DNA of 64,000 bases from Longimicrobiales bacterium (GCA_041690395.1 JAWLHJ010000003.1:256001-320000); one strand, 5' to 3'; positions 47,679 to 58,382 are shown, counted from the first letter of the stretch. The notes: generated from the letters alone by a model not told the origin. Numbers and translations are program-made.

Positions 47679-48632
47679 ATGACGGATTCGCTCGTTCCGC
47701 TGATCCCGATTCTGCTCGGGCTCGCAGTCCTTTGGGTCGGAGCCGGGCTGGTGCTTCATGGCGCCACCCGCATGGGAAGCCGCTCGCCACGCTGGGAGAT
47801 GCTCGCCGGACTGGCCATGGCCGCGATGGCGCCGGTCCTACCCGAGATCGGCATCTCGCTCGCGGTCGCCGCGTCGGAGGCGTCGGCGGAAGCGGTGTCC
47901 GGGCTGGTGGTCGGGACCGTGCTCGGGAGCGTCCTCGCGCGCGCGACGTTCGTACTCGGATGCGGAGGCCTGATCGGCGTGTCTCGGCCGCAACCGCCCG
48001 ACGCCGCGACCCGCCCGCCCCTGGTGCTCGGGGCCGTCGCTCTGGTCGCCATCCTCTCCATCGACGGATTCCTGGGCCCGATCGACGGAGGCGTATTGGT
48101 CTCGCTCGGCCTCGTGAGCCTCGTCCGCCGCACCCGGACCCGGGCCGCCGTGAGGACCGGCCCGGCCGCCCGTCACGGACTGCTCCCCGACCCGTTCGTG
48201 ATCGTGTCCGGGTTGGCCGTGGCCGGTTTCGCGGCGTGGCTGCTCGCGCCGCGCGCGCTCACGCTGTCCGGGACGTGGGGCATCGACCCGATGCTGGTCG
48301 GCCTGCTCGTGCTCGGGGTCGGCGCGAGCCTCCCCGAGCTCGTCCTGGCCGTGAACGCAGCCACGAGGGGAGAGCGCGAGCTGTCGGCCTCCTCGGTGCT
48401 GGCCAACGGAACGCTGGGCCTCCTCCTCCCGCTCGGCCTGGGGGCGCTCATTCGTCCGCTGGGTGTCGACCGGCTGGCCCTCCTCCTCGATCTGCCGGCC
48501 CTCGGGATCGTGATCCTCTGCCTGTGGACGTGGGACCGTCGGGGCGTACGGGTCGCGGGAGCACGCGCGGCTACGCTCCTCGCGGCCTTCCTCATCTACG
48601 TGGTCGCTCGAATGGCGTCGAGCTGGCTCTGA
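47679..48632 (+). CDS. CaCA-family (Na/Ca exchanger, YrbG-like) membrane protein, divergent
   Basis: Two-fold repeat: VLPEIGIS / GASLPELV; DGFLGPIDGGVL; about 10 TM. Confidence 0.7.
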   Translation: MTDSLVPLIPILLGLAVLWVGAGLVLHGATRMGSRSPRWEMLAGLAMAAMAPVLPEIGISLAVAASEASAEAVSGLVVGTVLGSVLARATFVLGCGGLIGVSRPQPPDAATRPPLVLGAVALVAILSIDGFLGPIDGGVLVSLGLVSLVRRTRTRAAVRTGPAARHGLLPDPFVIVSGLAVAGFAAWLLAPRALTLSGTWGIDPMLVGLLVLGVGASLPELVLAVNAATRGERELSASSVLANGTLGLLLPLGLGALIRPLGVDRLALLLDLPALGIVILCLWTWDRRGVRVAGARAATLLAAFLIYVVARMASSWL

Positions 48633-48654
48633 CGAGCCGTCCGGCGAGACCGTC

Positions 48655-48972
48655 CTACAGCGCGTCCGGATCCGCGAGCCGCCGCAGATACTCGAACGGA
48701 TAGATCCCCGTGCTGTGGCCGTCGCTCCACATGAACTGGAGCGCGTACCGCCCCACGTAGTGGATCTCGGTCGGATACACGCCGGGGTCGATCATCTCGG
48801 GCACGAGCATACGCTCCCCGGTCATCTCGTCCACGCATCCGGCACAGGGGCAGCGCAGCCGCAGGTCTCGCGGAGCATGCTCCGTGACGAAGCCGTCTTT
48901 CCAACGGATACGGAGGCGGGCGCCGTCCTCGGTGGGCGCGATGTCCTCGGGAACGAACCGGTGGTCAGCCAC
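48655..48972 (-). CDS. DUF971 (GBBH-like N-terminal) domain protein
   Basis: LRIRWKDG, LRLRCPCAGC, VGRYALQFMWSDGHSTGIYPFEYLR. Confidence 0.9.
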   Translation of the reverse strand: MADHRFVPEDIAPTEDGARLRIRWKDGFVTEHAPRDLRLRCPCAGCVDEMTGERMLVPEMIDPGVYPTEIHYVGRYALQFMWSDGHSTGIYPFEYLRRLADPDAL

Positions 48973-49627
48973 GGGCGTCGTCCGCTCGCCGCCGAAGCGC
49001 GGCCGCAAGGGCCCGGAAGGCCTCACCCCGGTGGCTACGCGCGTCCTTCTCCTCGGGCGACAGCTCCGCGAAGGTCCGTCCGAGCTCGGGGACGAGCACG
49101 TGCGGATCGTATCCGAACCCGCCATCCCCCCGCGGCTCGTCCACGATGGTGCCGTCGGCCGCTCCTCGCGTGACGAGGCCGGCATCACCGGTCTGCCCGT
49201 CGAGCATCACCGCCACGCACACGTAGCGCGCGGTTCGCCGGTCGGCGTCCACGCCGCGCAGTCGTTCGACGAGGTAGACGTTGTTCGCCGCGTCCTGCCC
49301 CCCGTGTCCCTCGGCGAGCTCCGGCGGCGCGAACCGCTTGCTCCGAACCCCGGGTGCACCGTCGAGGGCGTCGACCACGATGCCCGAGTCGTCGGCCACG
49401 GTGGGTATGCCCGTCTTCCGAAAGAAGTAGGCGGCCTTGGACCGCGCGTTCTCCTCGAAGGTATCGAACGGCTCCAGTCCGTCTTCCTCGGGCGCCTCGG
49501 CGATGCCGGCGTCGTCGAGCGACAGCACCTCGAGACCCGGGACGTCGGCGAGGATCCGGCGGATCTCCCGCATCTTGCCCGCGCTCCTGGTGGCGACCAG
49601 GAGCTTCCCCGGCCCGGAGATCGTCAC
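48965..49627 (-). CDS. rdgB: Non-canonical purine NTP pyrophosphatase (RdgB/HAM1)
   Basis: [50 protein letters not shown]. Confidence 0.95.
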   Translation of the reverse strand: MTISGPGKLLVATRSAGKMREIRRILADVPGLEVLSLDDAGIAEAPEEDGLEPFDTFEENARSKAAYFFRKTGIPTVADDSGIVVDALDGAPGVRSKRFAPPELAEGHGGQDAANNVYLVERLRGVDADRRTARYVCVAVMLDGQTGDAGLVTRGAADGTIVDEPRGDGGFGYDPHVLVPELGRTFAELSPEEKDARSHRGEAFRALAAALRRRADDARG

Positions 49628-50340
49628 GGACGGAGGGCGCGCGCCTGGGCCGCGAGCAACGCCTCGATGCCCGAGGTCGCGAGATCGAGCAGGGCGTCCA
49701 GCTCGTCGCGTCGGAACGGGTCGCCCTCGGCTGTTCCCTGGACCTCCACGAGACCGCCGCTCTCCGTGCCGACCACGTTCATGTCGACCTGCGCCCGGAC
49801 GTCTTCGCGGTAATCGAGGTCCAGGCGGGGCATGCCGTCCACGATGCCGACGCTTACCGCCGCGACCCGCTCGCTCACGGGATTCCGCTCGACCAGACCT
49901 TCGTCGAGCATCCACCGGCCGGCGAGGATGAGGGCCACGCAGGCCCCGGTGATCGAGGCCGTCCGGGTCCCGCCGTCGGCCTGGAGCACGTCGCAGTCGA
50001 CGGTGACCGTGTGCTGACCGAGGGCCTGCATGTCGGTGACGGAGCGGAGCGAGCGGCCGATCAGCCGCTGGATCTCCTGGGTACGTCCCTTGGGACCGTT
50101 TCGCTCTCGTCCGGACCGCGTGTGGGTCGCGCGGGGCAGCATCGCGTACTCGCCCGTAACCCACCCGGCGCCGCTCCTGAGCCGCCAGTCGGGAACGCCT
50201 TCGACCACGGAGGCCGTGCAGAGAACCCGGGTGTCACCGGTCGAGATGGTGCACGAGCCCTCGGCATACGGAGCCACGCCCGTCTCGATCGTGATCGGTC
50301 GCGGCTCGTCGAGCCTCCTTCCATCGGGGCGGTCAGCCAT
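49624..50340 (-). CDS. rph: Ribonuclease PH
   Basis: [56 protein letters not shown]. Confidence 0.97.
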   Translation of the reverse strand: MADRPDGRRLDEPRPITIETGVAPYAEGSCTISTGDTRVLCTASVVEGVPDWRLRSGAGWVTGEYAMLPRATHTRSGRERNGPKGRTQEIQRLIGRSLRSVTDMQALGQHTVTVDCDVLQADGGTRTASITGACVALILAGRWMLDEGLVERNPVSERVAAVSVGIVDGMPRLDLDYREDVRAQVDMNVVGTESGGLVEVQGTAEGDPFRRDELDALLDLATSGIEALLAAQARALRP

Positions 50341-50821
50341 CCCCAGTCTCCCTGATTCGTCGCAGCAGTGCCGTCGTGGAGTAGCCCTCCACGAACGGTA
50401 TGATCTCCACGCGCCCCCCCGCCCCTTCGACCGCTTCGCGGCCGACGACCTGATCGACGGTGTAGTCCCCGCCCTTCACCAGGACGTCCGGCAGGAGCGC
50501 CTCGATGAGCGCGGCGGGTGTATCCTCGTCGAACAGGGACACGGCGTCCACCGACTCGAGCGAGGCGAGCACGAGCGCCCGCGCTTCTTCTCCCACGAGG
50601 GGACGGTCCGCGGCCTTGTCGAGCCGACGTACCGACGCGTCGGTGTTCACACCGACCACGAGGGCGTCTCCGAGCGCGCGCGCCCGGGCCAGGTAGGTCA
50701 CGTGCCCGGGGTGCAGGAGATCGAAGCACCCGTTCGTGAAGACCAGTCGCCCGGTGCGCGGGCGGCCGAACCTGGCCAGGAGCACGTCTCTCGACAGCAC
50801 CTTGTCCGCAGGGCGTCTCAC
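50333..50821 (-). CDS. rfaE2: D-glycero-beta-D-manno-heptose 1-phosphate adenylyltransferase
   Basis: [41 protein letters not shown]. Confidence 0.93.
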   Translation of the reverse strand: MRRPADKVLSRDVLLARFGRPRTGRLVFTNGCFDLLHPGHVTYLARARALGDALVVGVNTDASVRRLDKAADRPLVGEEARALVLASLESVDAVSLFDEDTPAALIEALLPDVLVKGGDYTVDQVVGREAVEGAGGRVEIIPFVEGYSTTALLRRIRETGDG

Positions 50822-50831
50822 GCCGGCGTCC

Positions 50832-51644
50832 TCATGCGGAGGCCGCGGCCGCGAGCAGGTCGCGCCCGCCGCGCTCGATCAGCTGCTCGGCGATACGACG
50901 CCCCGCGGTCGCCGGATCGTCGAGCCGCCCGGAGAAGTCGGCACGGACGAGCCGTCGGTCCGCACGGGCGGGCAGCAGCGCACGCATCCGGAGCAGCGGG
51001 CCGTGGGGCCGGGCCATCACACCGACCGGCGCATCCGGGCCCACGTCGAGCACTTGGAGGACGACCTGCTCGGCCTCGAGCGCCGCACGGGCGGCCGGCT
51101 CGTCCAGCTCGGCGAGAATCTCCGTCAGGGCGTTCTGGTCGGCGTCGGCCTGGAGCACGACGCTTCCCCGCCCCACCGCGGTCGCCCAGGAGGTCGGCTC
51201 GAAGATCTCGCGGATCACGTCGCCGAGCCCGACCGCACGCGCCACGCCCACCGGCGCGATCCATGCATGGACATCCCCCCGCTCGAGCAGATCGGCGGCC
51301 TCGCGTGCGTCTTCGACACGTACCTCGCGCAACTCCACGCGATGCACGCCGAGCATCTCCGCGCGGAGGCCACCAGCCAGCGCTACCCGGGCACCGGCCG
51401 GGAGCTCGGACAGGCTCGGCTTTCCCTCGGGGCCGGTCACGAGCGCGTCGCGCGGCTCGGCCAGACCGATGACCGCCGCGGAGCGCGCCGGCATCTCCGT
51501 GAGCCCCTCGGCCGAAGTCAGGTGCAACTCGGCATCGTGGTCGGCGTCCACGACCGTCACGGAGAAACCCAGGGCGGCAAGCCGGTCCGCGAGACGCGCG
51601 GCCTGACCTCGGAGCGGATCCGCAACCGCCAATCGCAAGCTCAC
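50832..51644 (-). CDS. HemC (hydroxymethylbilane synthase)-like protein lacking catalytic residues
   Basis: Collinear HemC blocks [50 protein letters not shown]; catalytic motifs altered. Confidence 0.7.
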   Translation of the reverse strand: MSLRLAVADPLRGQAARLADRLAALGFSVTVVDADHDAELHLTSAEGLTEMPARSAAVIGLAEPRDALVTGPEGKPSLSELPAGARVALAGGLRAEMLGVHRVELREVRVEDAREAADLLERGDVHAWIAPVGVARAVGLGDVIREIFEPTSWATAVGRGSVVLQADADQNALTEILAELDEPAARAALEAEQVVLQVLDVGPDAPVGVMARPHGPLLRMRALLPARADRRLVRADFSGRLDDPATAGRRIAEQLIERGGRDLLAAAASA

Positions 51645-51659
51645 GCGCGCCGCTCCCGG

Positions 51660-53339
51660 TCAGAGATAGACGATCAGGCTCGCCGCGAGAATGATCGCCA
51701 CCCACAGCACCATGCTCCCGACGGGCCAGGAACGCGCGAGCGGCCCGACCGGCCCATGCGTACGGGCCAGGCCCGCGATGAGCGCGCGCACTCGCCCGAG
51801 ACCGGCCGTGGCCAGATGCTCCCGGGCCGCAGTGGTCCGCACCGCGAACTCACGTCCGACGGCGGTCCCGAAGCGCCGGTAGAACCAGTCCCAGTCCAGC
51901 GAAATGGTGAGCGTCCGCTTCATCAGGGGCAACATCACGAAGAACGCGAGGCCCGCGAAGAGCAGAAGCTGGAACTGGCTTACCAGGTGGCTCGCGGTGT
52001 ATGGCTCGTACTCCACCGGATACGGCAGAATCGCGTAGAGCGGCCCCGGCAGCACGCCGAGCCCGATGCAGAACGCGCTGAACAGCCACATGGGCCAGAC
52101 CATGTTCTTCGGCGGATCCGACGGGCGGAGCCCGGAGTCCTTCTGGAAGAACACGAACCACGGGAACTTGATGCCCGCGTGGAGGAAGACGCCCGCGGAC
52201 GCCGCCGTAAGCACGAACCAGGCGATCGCGATGTGCTCGTGGGCCGCCGCGTCGTTGATCATCGACTTCGAGATGAAGCCCGAAGTGAACGGGAACGACG
52301 AGATGGCGAGGGCGCCGATGATCCCGGCCGTCGCGGTCTGCGGCATGGTCCGGAAGAGACCGCCGAGGTCCGTACACTTCCGCTTGCCCGTCATGTACAG
52401 CACGCTGCCGGCCGACATGAGTAGGAGCGCCTTGTAGATGATGTGGCTGAAGGCGTGCGCGGTCGCGCCGTTCAGCGCCTCCTCCGTCCCGATCCCGATG
52501 CCGGTCACCATGAACCCGACCTGGTTCACGATCGAGTACGCCAGGATACGCCGCATGTCGTTCTCGAGCAGCGCGTAGACGATCCCGTACACGGCCATGT
52601 AGAGACCGACGTAGATGAGGACCTGCGTACCCGGGAACGCCATCATGAGCGTGAAGACGGCGGTCTTCGTCGTGAACGCCGACAGGAAGACCATGCCGCT
52701 CGGGCTCGCCTCCGGATACGCGTCCGCGATCCAGGCCGAGAGCGGCGGCGCGCCGGCGTTGATCAGGAAGCCGATCAGGATCATCACGTTCGCGAAGCTG
52801 TCGAGCTGCATCGGCTCGAACGCCACCGATCCGGTCTGCGCGATGTGCGCGACCACGCCGAACATGAGAACGACGCCGCCGAACACGTGCACGAGCAGAT
52901 AGCGCATGCTCGCCGCGTACGCCTCCGACTGGTCCGACGCCCACAGGACCAGCGTCGATCCGATCGCCATCAGCTCCCAGAACACGAACATCGTGATCAG
53001 GTCGCCCGCGAACGTCACGCCCACCGCGCTGCCCGCGTAGGCGAAGGCCGCGGCGAGCTCGAGGACCCGCGCCTGGCGGATGGCGAACACCCCGCCCGCG
53101 AACGCCATGATGGCGAAGACGGTGGCGAACACCCGCCCGGTCGCCGTCCAATGGACGGGCATGAGGTCGTAGTCGAGGAACGGCACGGTGACCGTGTGCC
53201 CCTCGGGGACCATCCAGACGGCGGCGAGGGTCAGGAGCGGCAGCCCCATCACCACCAGGTTGCGCAGGCCGCCCCGGGTCGCCGGAATCAGGAACGCTCC
53301 GGCGATGAGCAACAGGCCGGGAGGGAACGACACGGTCAT
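51660..53339 (-). CDS. mrpD: Mrp/Mnh Na+/H+ antiporter subunit D (large paralogue)
   Basis: FVFWELMA, WIADAYPEASPSG-VFLSAFTTK, ENDMRRILAYSIVNQVG, GFISK. Confidence 0.9.
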   Translation of the reverse strand: MTVSFPPGLLLIAGAFLIPATRGGLRNLVVMGLPLLTLAAVWMVPEGHTVTVPFLDYDLMPVHWTATGRVFATVFAIMAFAGGVFAIRQARVLELAAAFAYAGSAVGVTFAGDLITMFVFWELMAIGSTLVLWASDQSEAYAASMRYLLVHVFGGVVLMFGVVAHIAQTGSVAFEPMQLDSFANVMILIGFLINAGAPPLSAWIADAYPEASPSGMVFLSAFTTKTAVFTLMMAFPGTQVLIYVGLYMAVYGIVYALLENDMRRILAYSIVNQVGFMVTGIGIGTEEALNGATAHAFSHIIYKALLLMSAGSVLYMTGKRKCTDLGGLFRTMPQTATAGIIGALAISSFPFTSGFISKSMINDAAAHEHIAIAWFVLTAASAGVFLHAGIKFPWFVFFQKDSGLRPSDPPKNMVWPMWLFSAFCIGLGVLPGPLYAILPYPVEYEPYTASHLVSQFQLLLFAGLAFFVMLPLMKRTLTISLDWDWFYRRFGTAVGREFAVRTTAAREHLATAGLGRVRALIAGLARTHGPVGPLARSWPVGSMVLWVAIILAASLIVYL

Positions 53340-53680
53340 CGGTCGCCTCCGGTCCGGCCGTCGGTGTCCGGGAAGCCGTTGGCCGCCCCGTCGTAGTACA
53401 CGTCCTTCCGCTTCAGGAAGATGCCCAGGAGCTTCGCGCCGACGACCATCGCCACGCACGTGACGAAGCCGTACCAGGCATAGAAGCCGAACGTGGCGTC
53501 GATACCGAAGTACTCGTAGTGGTCGACGAACAGGTCACCGGCGACGATCAGCGCCAGGACCACGGACGACCCGATCCACAGCTTGCGGATCGTTTCGGGC
53601 TTCACGAGCCAGTGCTCGGGCTCGTCGGGCGCCTTGCGCGGCGGATTTCCGGGCTCGGTCATGCGGCGTGCTTCACTCAT
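53336..53680 (-). CDS. Small membrane protein embedded in the Mrp operon
   Basis: HWLVKPETIRKLW, FGFYAWYGFVTCV, LKRKDVYYD; overlaps both neighbours by 4 nt. Confidence 0.75.
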   Translation of the reverse strand: MSEARRMTEPGNPPRKAPDEPEHWLVKPETIRKLWIGSSVVLALIVAGDLFVDHYEYFGIDATFGFYAWYGFVTCVAMVVGAKLLGIFLKRKDVYYDGAANGFPDTDGRTGGDR

Positions 53681-55191
53681 GGAGCGCCTCCGACGAGGGC
53701 CTTGGCCAGCGCGAGCGGCACTCCGGGGAAGAAGAAGAGGAGAACGGTCAGCCCAGCGGTGATGGTGAGCGCCACGACGATCGGCCAGGGCGCCTCACCA
53801 TGGTCGTGCGCGCCGTGATCGTCACCGCCTCCGCCGACGTACGCCGGAGCCTGGGCCTCCTCCGCCTGGAAGAAGGCCATGTAGATGATCGGCACGAAGT
53901 ACGCGGCGTTCAGCAGCGTCGACGCGATCAGGATCGCGAGCACGACCATGTGCTGGGACTCGAAGGCCCCCATCATCATGTACCACTTGCTGATGAAGCC
54001 CCCAGCGGGCGGCAGTCCGATCATGGACAACGCGCCCACCGCGAAGGCGCCCATGGTCCAGGGCATCCGGCGGCCGATGCCCCTGAGCTGGCTGATCTCG
54101 GTCTTGTGCGCGGCCGTGTAGATGGAGCCCGCCGCGAAGAACAGGGTGATCTTGCCGAATGCGTGCGCCACGATGTGGAGCGCCGCACCCGCGGCGGCCA
54201 TCGGCACGAACATGGCTGCCGCCAGCACCACGTAGCTCAACTGGCTGACCGTGGAGTACGCGAGCATGCGCTTCAGGTTACCCCGCGCCATCAGGATCCG
54301 GAGCGCCACGATGGAGCCCGCGAGGACCGTGAACCCCGAGGCGTAAACCAGCCACCCGGTTCCGGCCTCAGCCGCCAGGAAGTCGAGGCCGAAGACGTAG
54401 ACGACGACCTTCACGACGCTGAACACACCGGCCTTCACGACGGCCACGGCGTGGAGGAGCGCCGAAACCGGCGTCGGCGCGACCATCGCGGCCGGGAGCC
54501 AGCGATGGACCGGCATGACCGCCGCCTTACCGATGCCGAACATGAAGAGCGCGAGCAGGACGCCCACCAGCGGACCCTCGACGTGCCCTGCGAGAATGCC
54601 ACCCTGCTGGAAGTCCACCGACCCGGTGAGCACGTACGTCCAGATGATGCCCAGGAGGAGCAGTCCGACCGACGTCGTGATCAGGATGCCGAGATACACC
54701 CGGCCCGCCTTCATGGCGTCCTCGGTGCCCTTGTGGGTCACGAGCGGGTACGTCGAGACGGTGAGGATCTCGTAGAAGACGAAGAGCGTGACCAGGTTGC
54801 CGGAGAAGGCGATGCCGATGGCGCTCGCGATCGCCACCGCGAAGCAGACGTAGAAGCGGGTCTGCTTCTTCTCGTGGTTCCCCCGCATGTACCCGATGGA
54901 GTACAGCGAGTTGACCGGCCACAGGAGCGCCGCCACGCCGGCGAAGATCATGCCCAGCGGCTCGACTTCGAGGATGAGGCTGATCCCCGGAACCATCTCG
55001 ACCAGCGTGACCTGGGGACGGCCGCCCGCGAGAACTTCGGGCAGGATCGACCCGACGATGACGAGAAGGATGCCCGCGGTGACCAGCGTGACCGTCTCGC
55101 GGAGATTCGGGCTCGCGCCGGTGAGGGCGATTCCGAACGCCCCGACTGTCGGGACGACGAGCGCGAGCACCATCAGCATCTCGGTGCTCAC
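53677..55191 (-). CDS. mrpD: Mrp/Mnh antiporter subunit D/A-like
   Basis: FVFYEILT, PVHRWLPAAMVAPTPVSALLHAVAVVKAG, LKRMLAYSTVSQL, HAFGKITLFF. Confidence 0.9.
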   Translation of the reverse strand: MSTEMLMVLALVVPTVGAFGIALTGASPNLRETVTLVTAGILLVIVGSILPEVLAGGRPQVTLVEMVPGISLILEVEPLGMIFAGVAALLWPVNSLYSIGYMRGNHEKKQTRFYVCFAVAIASAIGIAFSGNLVTLFVFYEILTVSTYPLVTHKGTEDAMKAGRVYLGILITTSVGLLLLGIIWTYVLTGSVDFQQGGILAGHVEGPLVGVLLALFMFGIGKAAVMPVHRWLPAAMVAPTPVSALLHAVAVVKAGVFSVVKVVVYVFGLDFLAAEAGTGWLVYASGFTVLAGSIVALRILMARGNLKRMLAYSTVSQLSYVVLAAAMFVPMAAAGAALHIVAHAFGKITLFFAAGSIYTAAHKTEISQLRGIGRRMPWTMGAFAVGALSMIGLPPAGGFISKWYMMMGAFESQHMVVLAILIASTLLNAAYFVPIIYMAFFQAEEAQAPAYVGGGGDDHGAHDHGEAPWPIVVALTITAGLTVLLFFFPGVPLALAKALVGGAP

Positions 55192-56666
55192 GGCGTGCCT
55201 CCGAGCAGCATGCGCGCGGCCTGGCCCGCGACCCCGGACGTGAAGGTCGCGTCGATGCCGAAGTAGAAGTTGGCCACGATCAACGCCCAGGTCGGGAGGA
55301 GCAGGCCGAGCGGAGCTTCCTGAACCGTATCGTCATCACCGGCGAAGTCCTTGAAGTACGCGGCCTCCACGACCTTCCAGATATAGACGACCGCCATCAG
55401 CGACGTGATGAGCACCAGCACCGCGACCGGCCACCAGCCGAGCTCGAGCGCGCCCGAGATCAGGTACCACTTGCTGATGAACCCGACCGTGGCGGGAACG
55501 CCGATGAGGCTCAGGCCGGCCAGCACGAATGAGGCCATGGTCCACGGCATCTTACGGCCGAGTCCCTGCATGGCCTCGATGTGGACGGACCCGATGCGGT
55601 AGAAGACGGCGCCGAGCGCCATGAAGAGCGCGCCCTTCATGAGGGCGTGGTTGAACATGTGCACGATGGCCGCCGTGAGGCCTGTCACCGAGGCCATGCT
55701 CACGCCGAGGATCATGTACCCGATCTGCGCGACCGACGAATAGGCCAGCATGCGCTTCACGTTGACCTGGAAGATCGCGACCAGCGACATGCTGAAGATC
55801 GCGACCAGCGCGAGCGGCATGAACACCAGGTCCACCTGCATCCGGTCGAACGCGAAGGCCGCGCCGAACACGGTGAAGAAGAACCGGAGCATCATGTAGA
55901 CCGCGACCTTGGTCGCGGTCGCCGCGATGAACGCCGTGACGGCCGAAGGCGCGTACGTGTATGCGTTCGGCAGCCACAGATGGAGCGGGAAGAGCGCCAG
56001 CTTCAGGCTGAACCCGACGGCCAGGAACGCGAAGGCGACCGGAATCGTACGCTGGTCCATGACCGCGGGTAGCCGCTCGGCCAGGTCGACCATGTTCAGC
56101 GTGCCGGTCATCGCGTACATGAGCCCGATGCCGATCACGATGAAGGTCGCGCCGACCGACCCCATGATGAGGTACTGGTACGAGGACACAAGGGCCCGCC
56201 GGTCCTGCCCCATCGCGATGAGCGCGTAGGCGGAGAGCGACGAGATCTCGAGGAAGACGAAGACGTTGAACACGTCGCCGGTCACCGAGATGCCGAGGAG
56301 CCCGGTCAGGCTCAGGATCCACGCGGCGTAGAAGAGCGGAATGCGGTCGCTCTCGACCTCGCGCTCGACGCTCTGTCTCGCATAGAGCACCGCGACCGCG
56401 CCGATGGCCGCGACGATGAACGCCACGAAAGCGCTCACCGCGTCGATGCGGTACTCGATACCGATCGGTGGAGCCCAGGACCCCATCTCGTAGCGCAGGA
56501 CCCGGCCGCCCTGCACCTGCGCGAGCAGCCCACCGGCAGCGTAGAGCGCCCAGAAAGAAGCCGCCACCGCGACCAGCCACGAGAGCGTGGGCCGGTTCAG
56601 GAGCGCGGCCAGCGGAGCCGCGATGAGCGGGACCGCGACGAGAAGTACCGGAAGGTGCTCGATCAC
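55188..56666 (-). CDS. mrpD: Mrp/Mnh antiporter subunit D
   Basis: WAPPIGIE, GDVFNVFVFLEISS, LFPLHLWLPNAY, KRMLAYSSVAQIGY, GFISKW. Confidence 0.93.
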   Translation of the reverse strand: MIEHLPVLLVAVPLIAAPLAALLNRPTLSWLVAVAASFWALYAAGGLLAQVQGGRVLRYEMGSWAPPIGIEYRIDAVSAFVAFIVAAIGAVAVLYARQSVEREVESDRIPLFYAAWILSLTGLLGISVTGDVFNVFVFLEISSLSAYALIAMGQDRRALVSSYQYLIMGSVGATFIVIGIGLMYAMTGTLNMVDLAERLPAVMDQRTIPVAFAFLAVGFSLKLALFPLHLWLPNAYTYAPSAVTAFIAATATKVAVYMMLRFFFTVFGAAFAFDRMQVDLVFMPLALVAIFSMSLVAIFQVNVKRMLAYSSVAQIGYMILGVSMASVTGLTAAIVHMFNHALMKGALFMALGAVFYRIGSVHIEAMQGLGRKMPWTMASFVLAGLSLIGVPATVGFISKWYLISGALELGWWPVAVLVLITSLMAVVYIWKVVEAAYFKDFAGDDDTVQEAPLGLLLPTWALIVANFYFGIDATFTSGVAGQAARMLLGGTP

Positions 56667-57016
56667 TGGCTCTCGTCCTCGATCTCGGCTTCTTCGATGG
56701 TTCCGTAGGCCTCTTTGATCCTCACCGTGAGCGCGAGGCCGACCGCGGTCGTGGCGACGCCGACGACGATGGCGGTCAGGATGAGGACGTGCGGTATCGG
56801 ATTGGAGTAGACCACCCCTTCCGCCCCCGAGATCAGGTACGGGGGGGTCCCGCCGGTGATCTTGCCCAGGCTGATGTAGAGGATGAAGACCGACGCCTGG
56901 AAGATGTTCAGGCCGATCAGCTTCTTCACCAGGTTCCCGCGGGCGATCAGGATGTAGAAACCGGTCATCATCAGGAAGACGACCGCCCAGTAGTTGAAGA
57001 GCCCCAACGCTTCCAT
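56663..57016 (-). CDS. mrpC: Mrp antiporter subunit C
   Basis: NLVKKLIGLNI, NPIPHVLILTAIVVG. Confidence 0.93.
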   Translation of the reverse strand: MEALGLFNYWAVVFLMMTGFYILIARGNLVKKLIGLNIFQASVFILYISLGKITGGTPPYLISGAEGVVYSNPIPHVLILTAIVVGVATTAVGLALTVRIKEAYGTIEEAEIEDESQ

Positions 57017-57017
57017 A

Positions 57018-57437
57018 TCAGCTCTTCCTCCGGCCGGCGAACGCGTAGAACAGGCCCACCATGACCCCGAAGACCGTGGTGATCACCCCTGCTTCGATCA
57101 TCAGGATGCCGTAGTGCTGCCCGGACGCCGGGTCGGGTCCGAGCACGTTGTAGCCCAGGAAGTTTTCGCCGAGGGCCAGCGCCAGGAATCCCGTCCCCGC
57201 GAAGATCATGACCCCCAGCGCGCCGCACACGTACGGGACGGAGGGGGGCAGGACGCGCAGAACGTTGGCGAGGCCGTATACGAGGGCGTAGAGGATGAAC
57301 GCCGAAGCCAGGATCACCCCGGCCTGGAAGCCGCCGCCGGGGCCGTAGTCGCCGTGGAACTGGACGTAGAAGGCGAAGACCATGATGAACGGAGTCAGGA
57401 TCTTCGAGCCGATCCTGAGGATCACGCGATCATCCAT
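57018..57437 (-). CDS. mrpB: Mrp antiporter subunit B
   Basis: HGDYGPGGGFQAGV. Confidence 0.92.
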   Translation of the reverse strand: MDDRVILRIGSKILTPFIMVFAFYVQFHGDYGPGGGFQAGVILASAFILYALVYGLANVLRVLPPSVPYVCGALGVMIFAGTGFLALALGENFLGYNVLGPDPASGQHYGILMIEAGVITTVFGVMVGLFYAFAGRRKS

Positions 57438-58062
57438 GGTCGGCCTCCTTCTTCTTCCTCGCCGGGCTGGCGCCGCCGGCTCGCCGGATCGCGTCACGGC
57501 CCAGGGAGCCGGGCCGCATGTCCACCGACCGGTGACCGTTCTGCCCGCCTCGCGCCAGCAGCAGGAGCACGCCGACGAGCGCGGTGAAGACCACGGCCGC
57601 CTCACCCATGGTGTCGAATCCGCGGTACGAGCCGAGCACCACGGTCACGATGTTCGGGATGTGCGTGTCGTCATAGGACTCTTCCAGGTAGTACGGCGCG
57701 ACGTGCTGATGAACGGGATTGTCGGCCGCGCCGAACGTCGGCATGTCCAGCGACCCGTAGATCAGGATCCCACCGACCACGAGCGTGACGAAGAGAGGCA
57801 GGATGGGCCGATGCTTCGGCTTCGCCTCCTCGCTTCCGACGAGGGCGAGCGTCCCCAGCATGAGGATCGTGGAGACCCCGGCGCCGACGGCGGCCTCCGT
57901 GAAGGCCACGTCCATTGCGTCCATGGTCACGAACAGGCCCGCGGAAAGCAGGCTGTAGATGCCCATGAGCATGGTGGCGGCGAACAGGTTCCGGATACGA
58001 ACCACCGCGATGGCGGTCACGCCGAGGAGCACCAGCAGCACGATATCGACGACGGTGATCAC
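57430..58062 (-). CDS. Mrp subunit (DUF4040 / MrpA C-terminal-like)
   Basis: DVAFTEAAVGAG, PNIVTVVLGSYRGFDTMGE; GTG start 58062. Confidence 0.88.
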   Translation of the reverse strand: MITVVDIVLLVLLGVTAIAVVRIRNLFAATMLMGIYSLLSAGLFVTMDAMDVAFTEAAVGAGVSTILMLGTLALVGSEEAKPKHRPILPLFVTLVVGGILIYGSLDMPTFGAADNPVHQHVAPYYLEESYDDTHIPNIVTVVLGSYRGFDTMGEAAVVFTALVGVLLLLARGGQNGHRSVDMRPGSLGRDAIRRAGGASPARKKKEADHG

Positions 58063-58382
58063 GAGGCGGCCTCCCCCTGCTCGTCGGGTGCCGAGCGACT
58101 CATCCCGAGAATCGCGGCCCGGGCGAGCGCGTGGCTCGCTATGGGGCTGGTGAAGAGCAGGAACGCGTAGATGAAGAGGAGCCGGACAAGTACCATCCAG
58201 TCGGTGGTCTGGAGCGCCATGCCGAGCAAGAGGAAGCCCGCCCCCATGGTGTCCGTCATGCCGGCCGGATGGAGTCGGGCGAGGATGTCGGGCATCCTCA
58301 GGATGCCGACGGTCCCGACGATCATGAAGAACAGCCCCGAGACGATGAAGACCCAGCTCAGGATATCGAGGATCGGCTCCAT
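58059..58382 (-). CDS. mrpG: Mrp antiporter subunit G
   Basis: GILRMPDILARLH..DT-G, TSPIASHALARA. Confidence 0.93.
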   Translation of the reverse strand: MEPILDILSWVFIVSGLFFMIVGTVGILRMPDILARLHPAGMTDTMGAGFLLLGMALQTTDWMVLVRLLFIYAFLLFTSPIASHALARAAILGMSRSAPDEQGEAAS

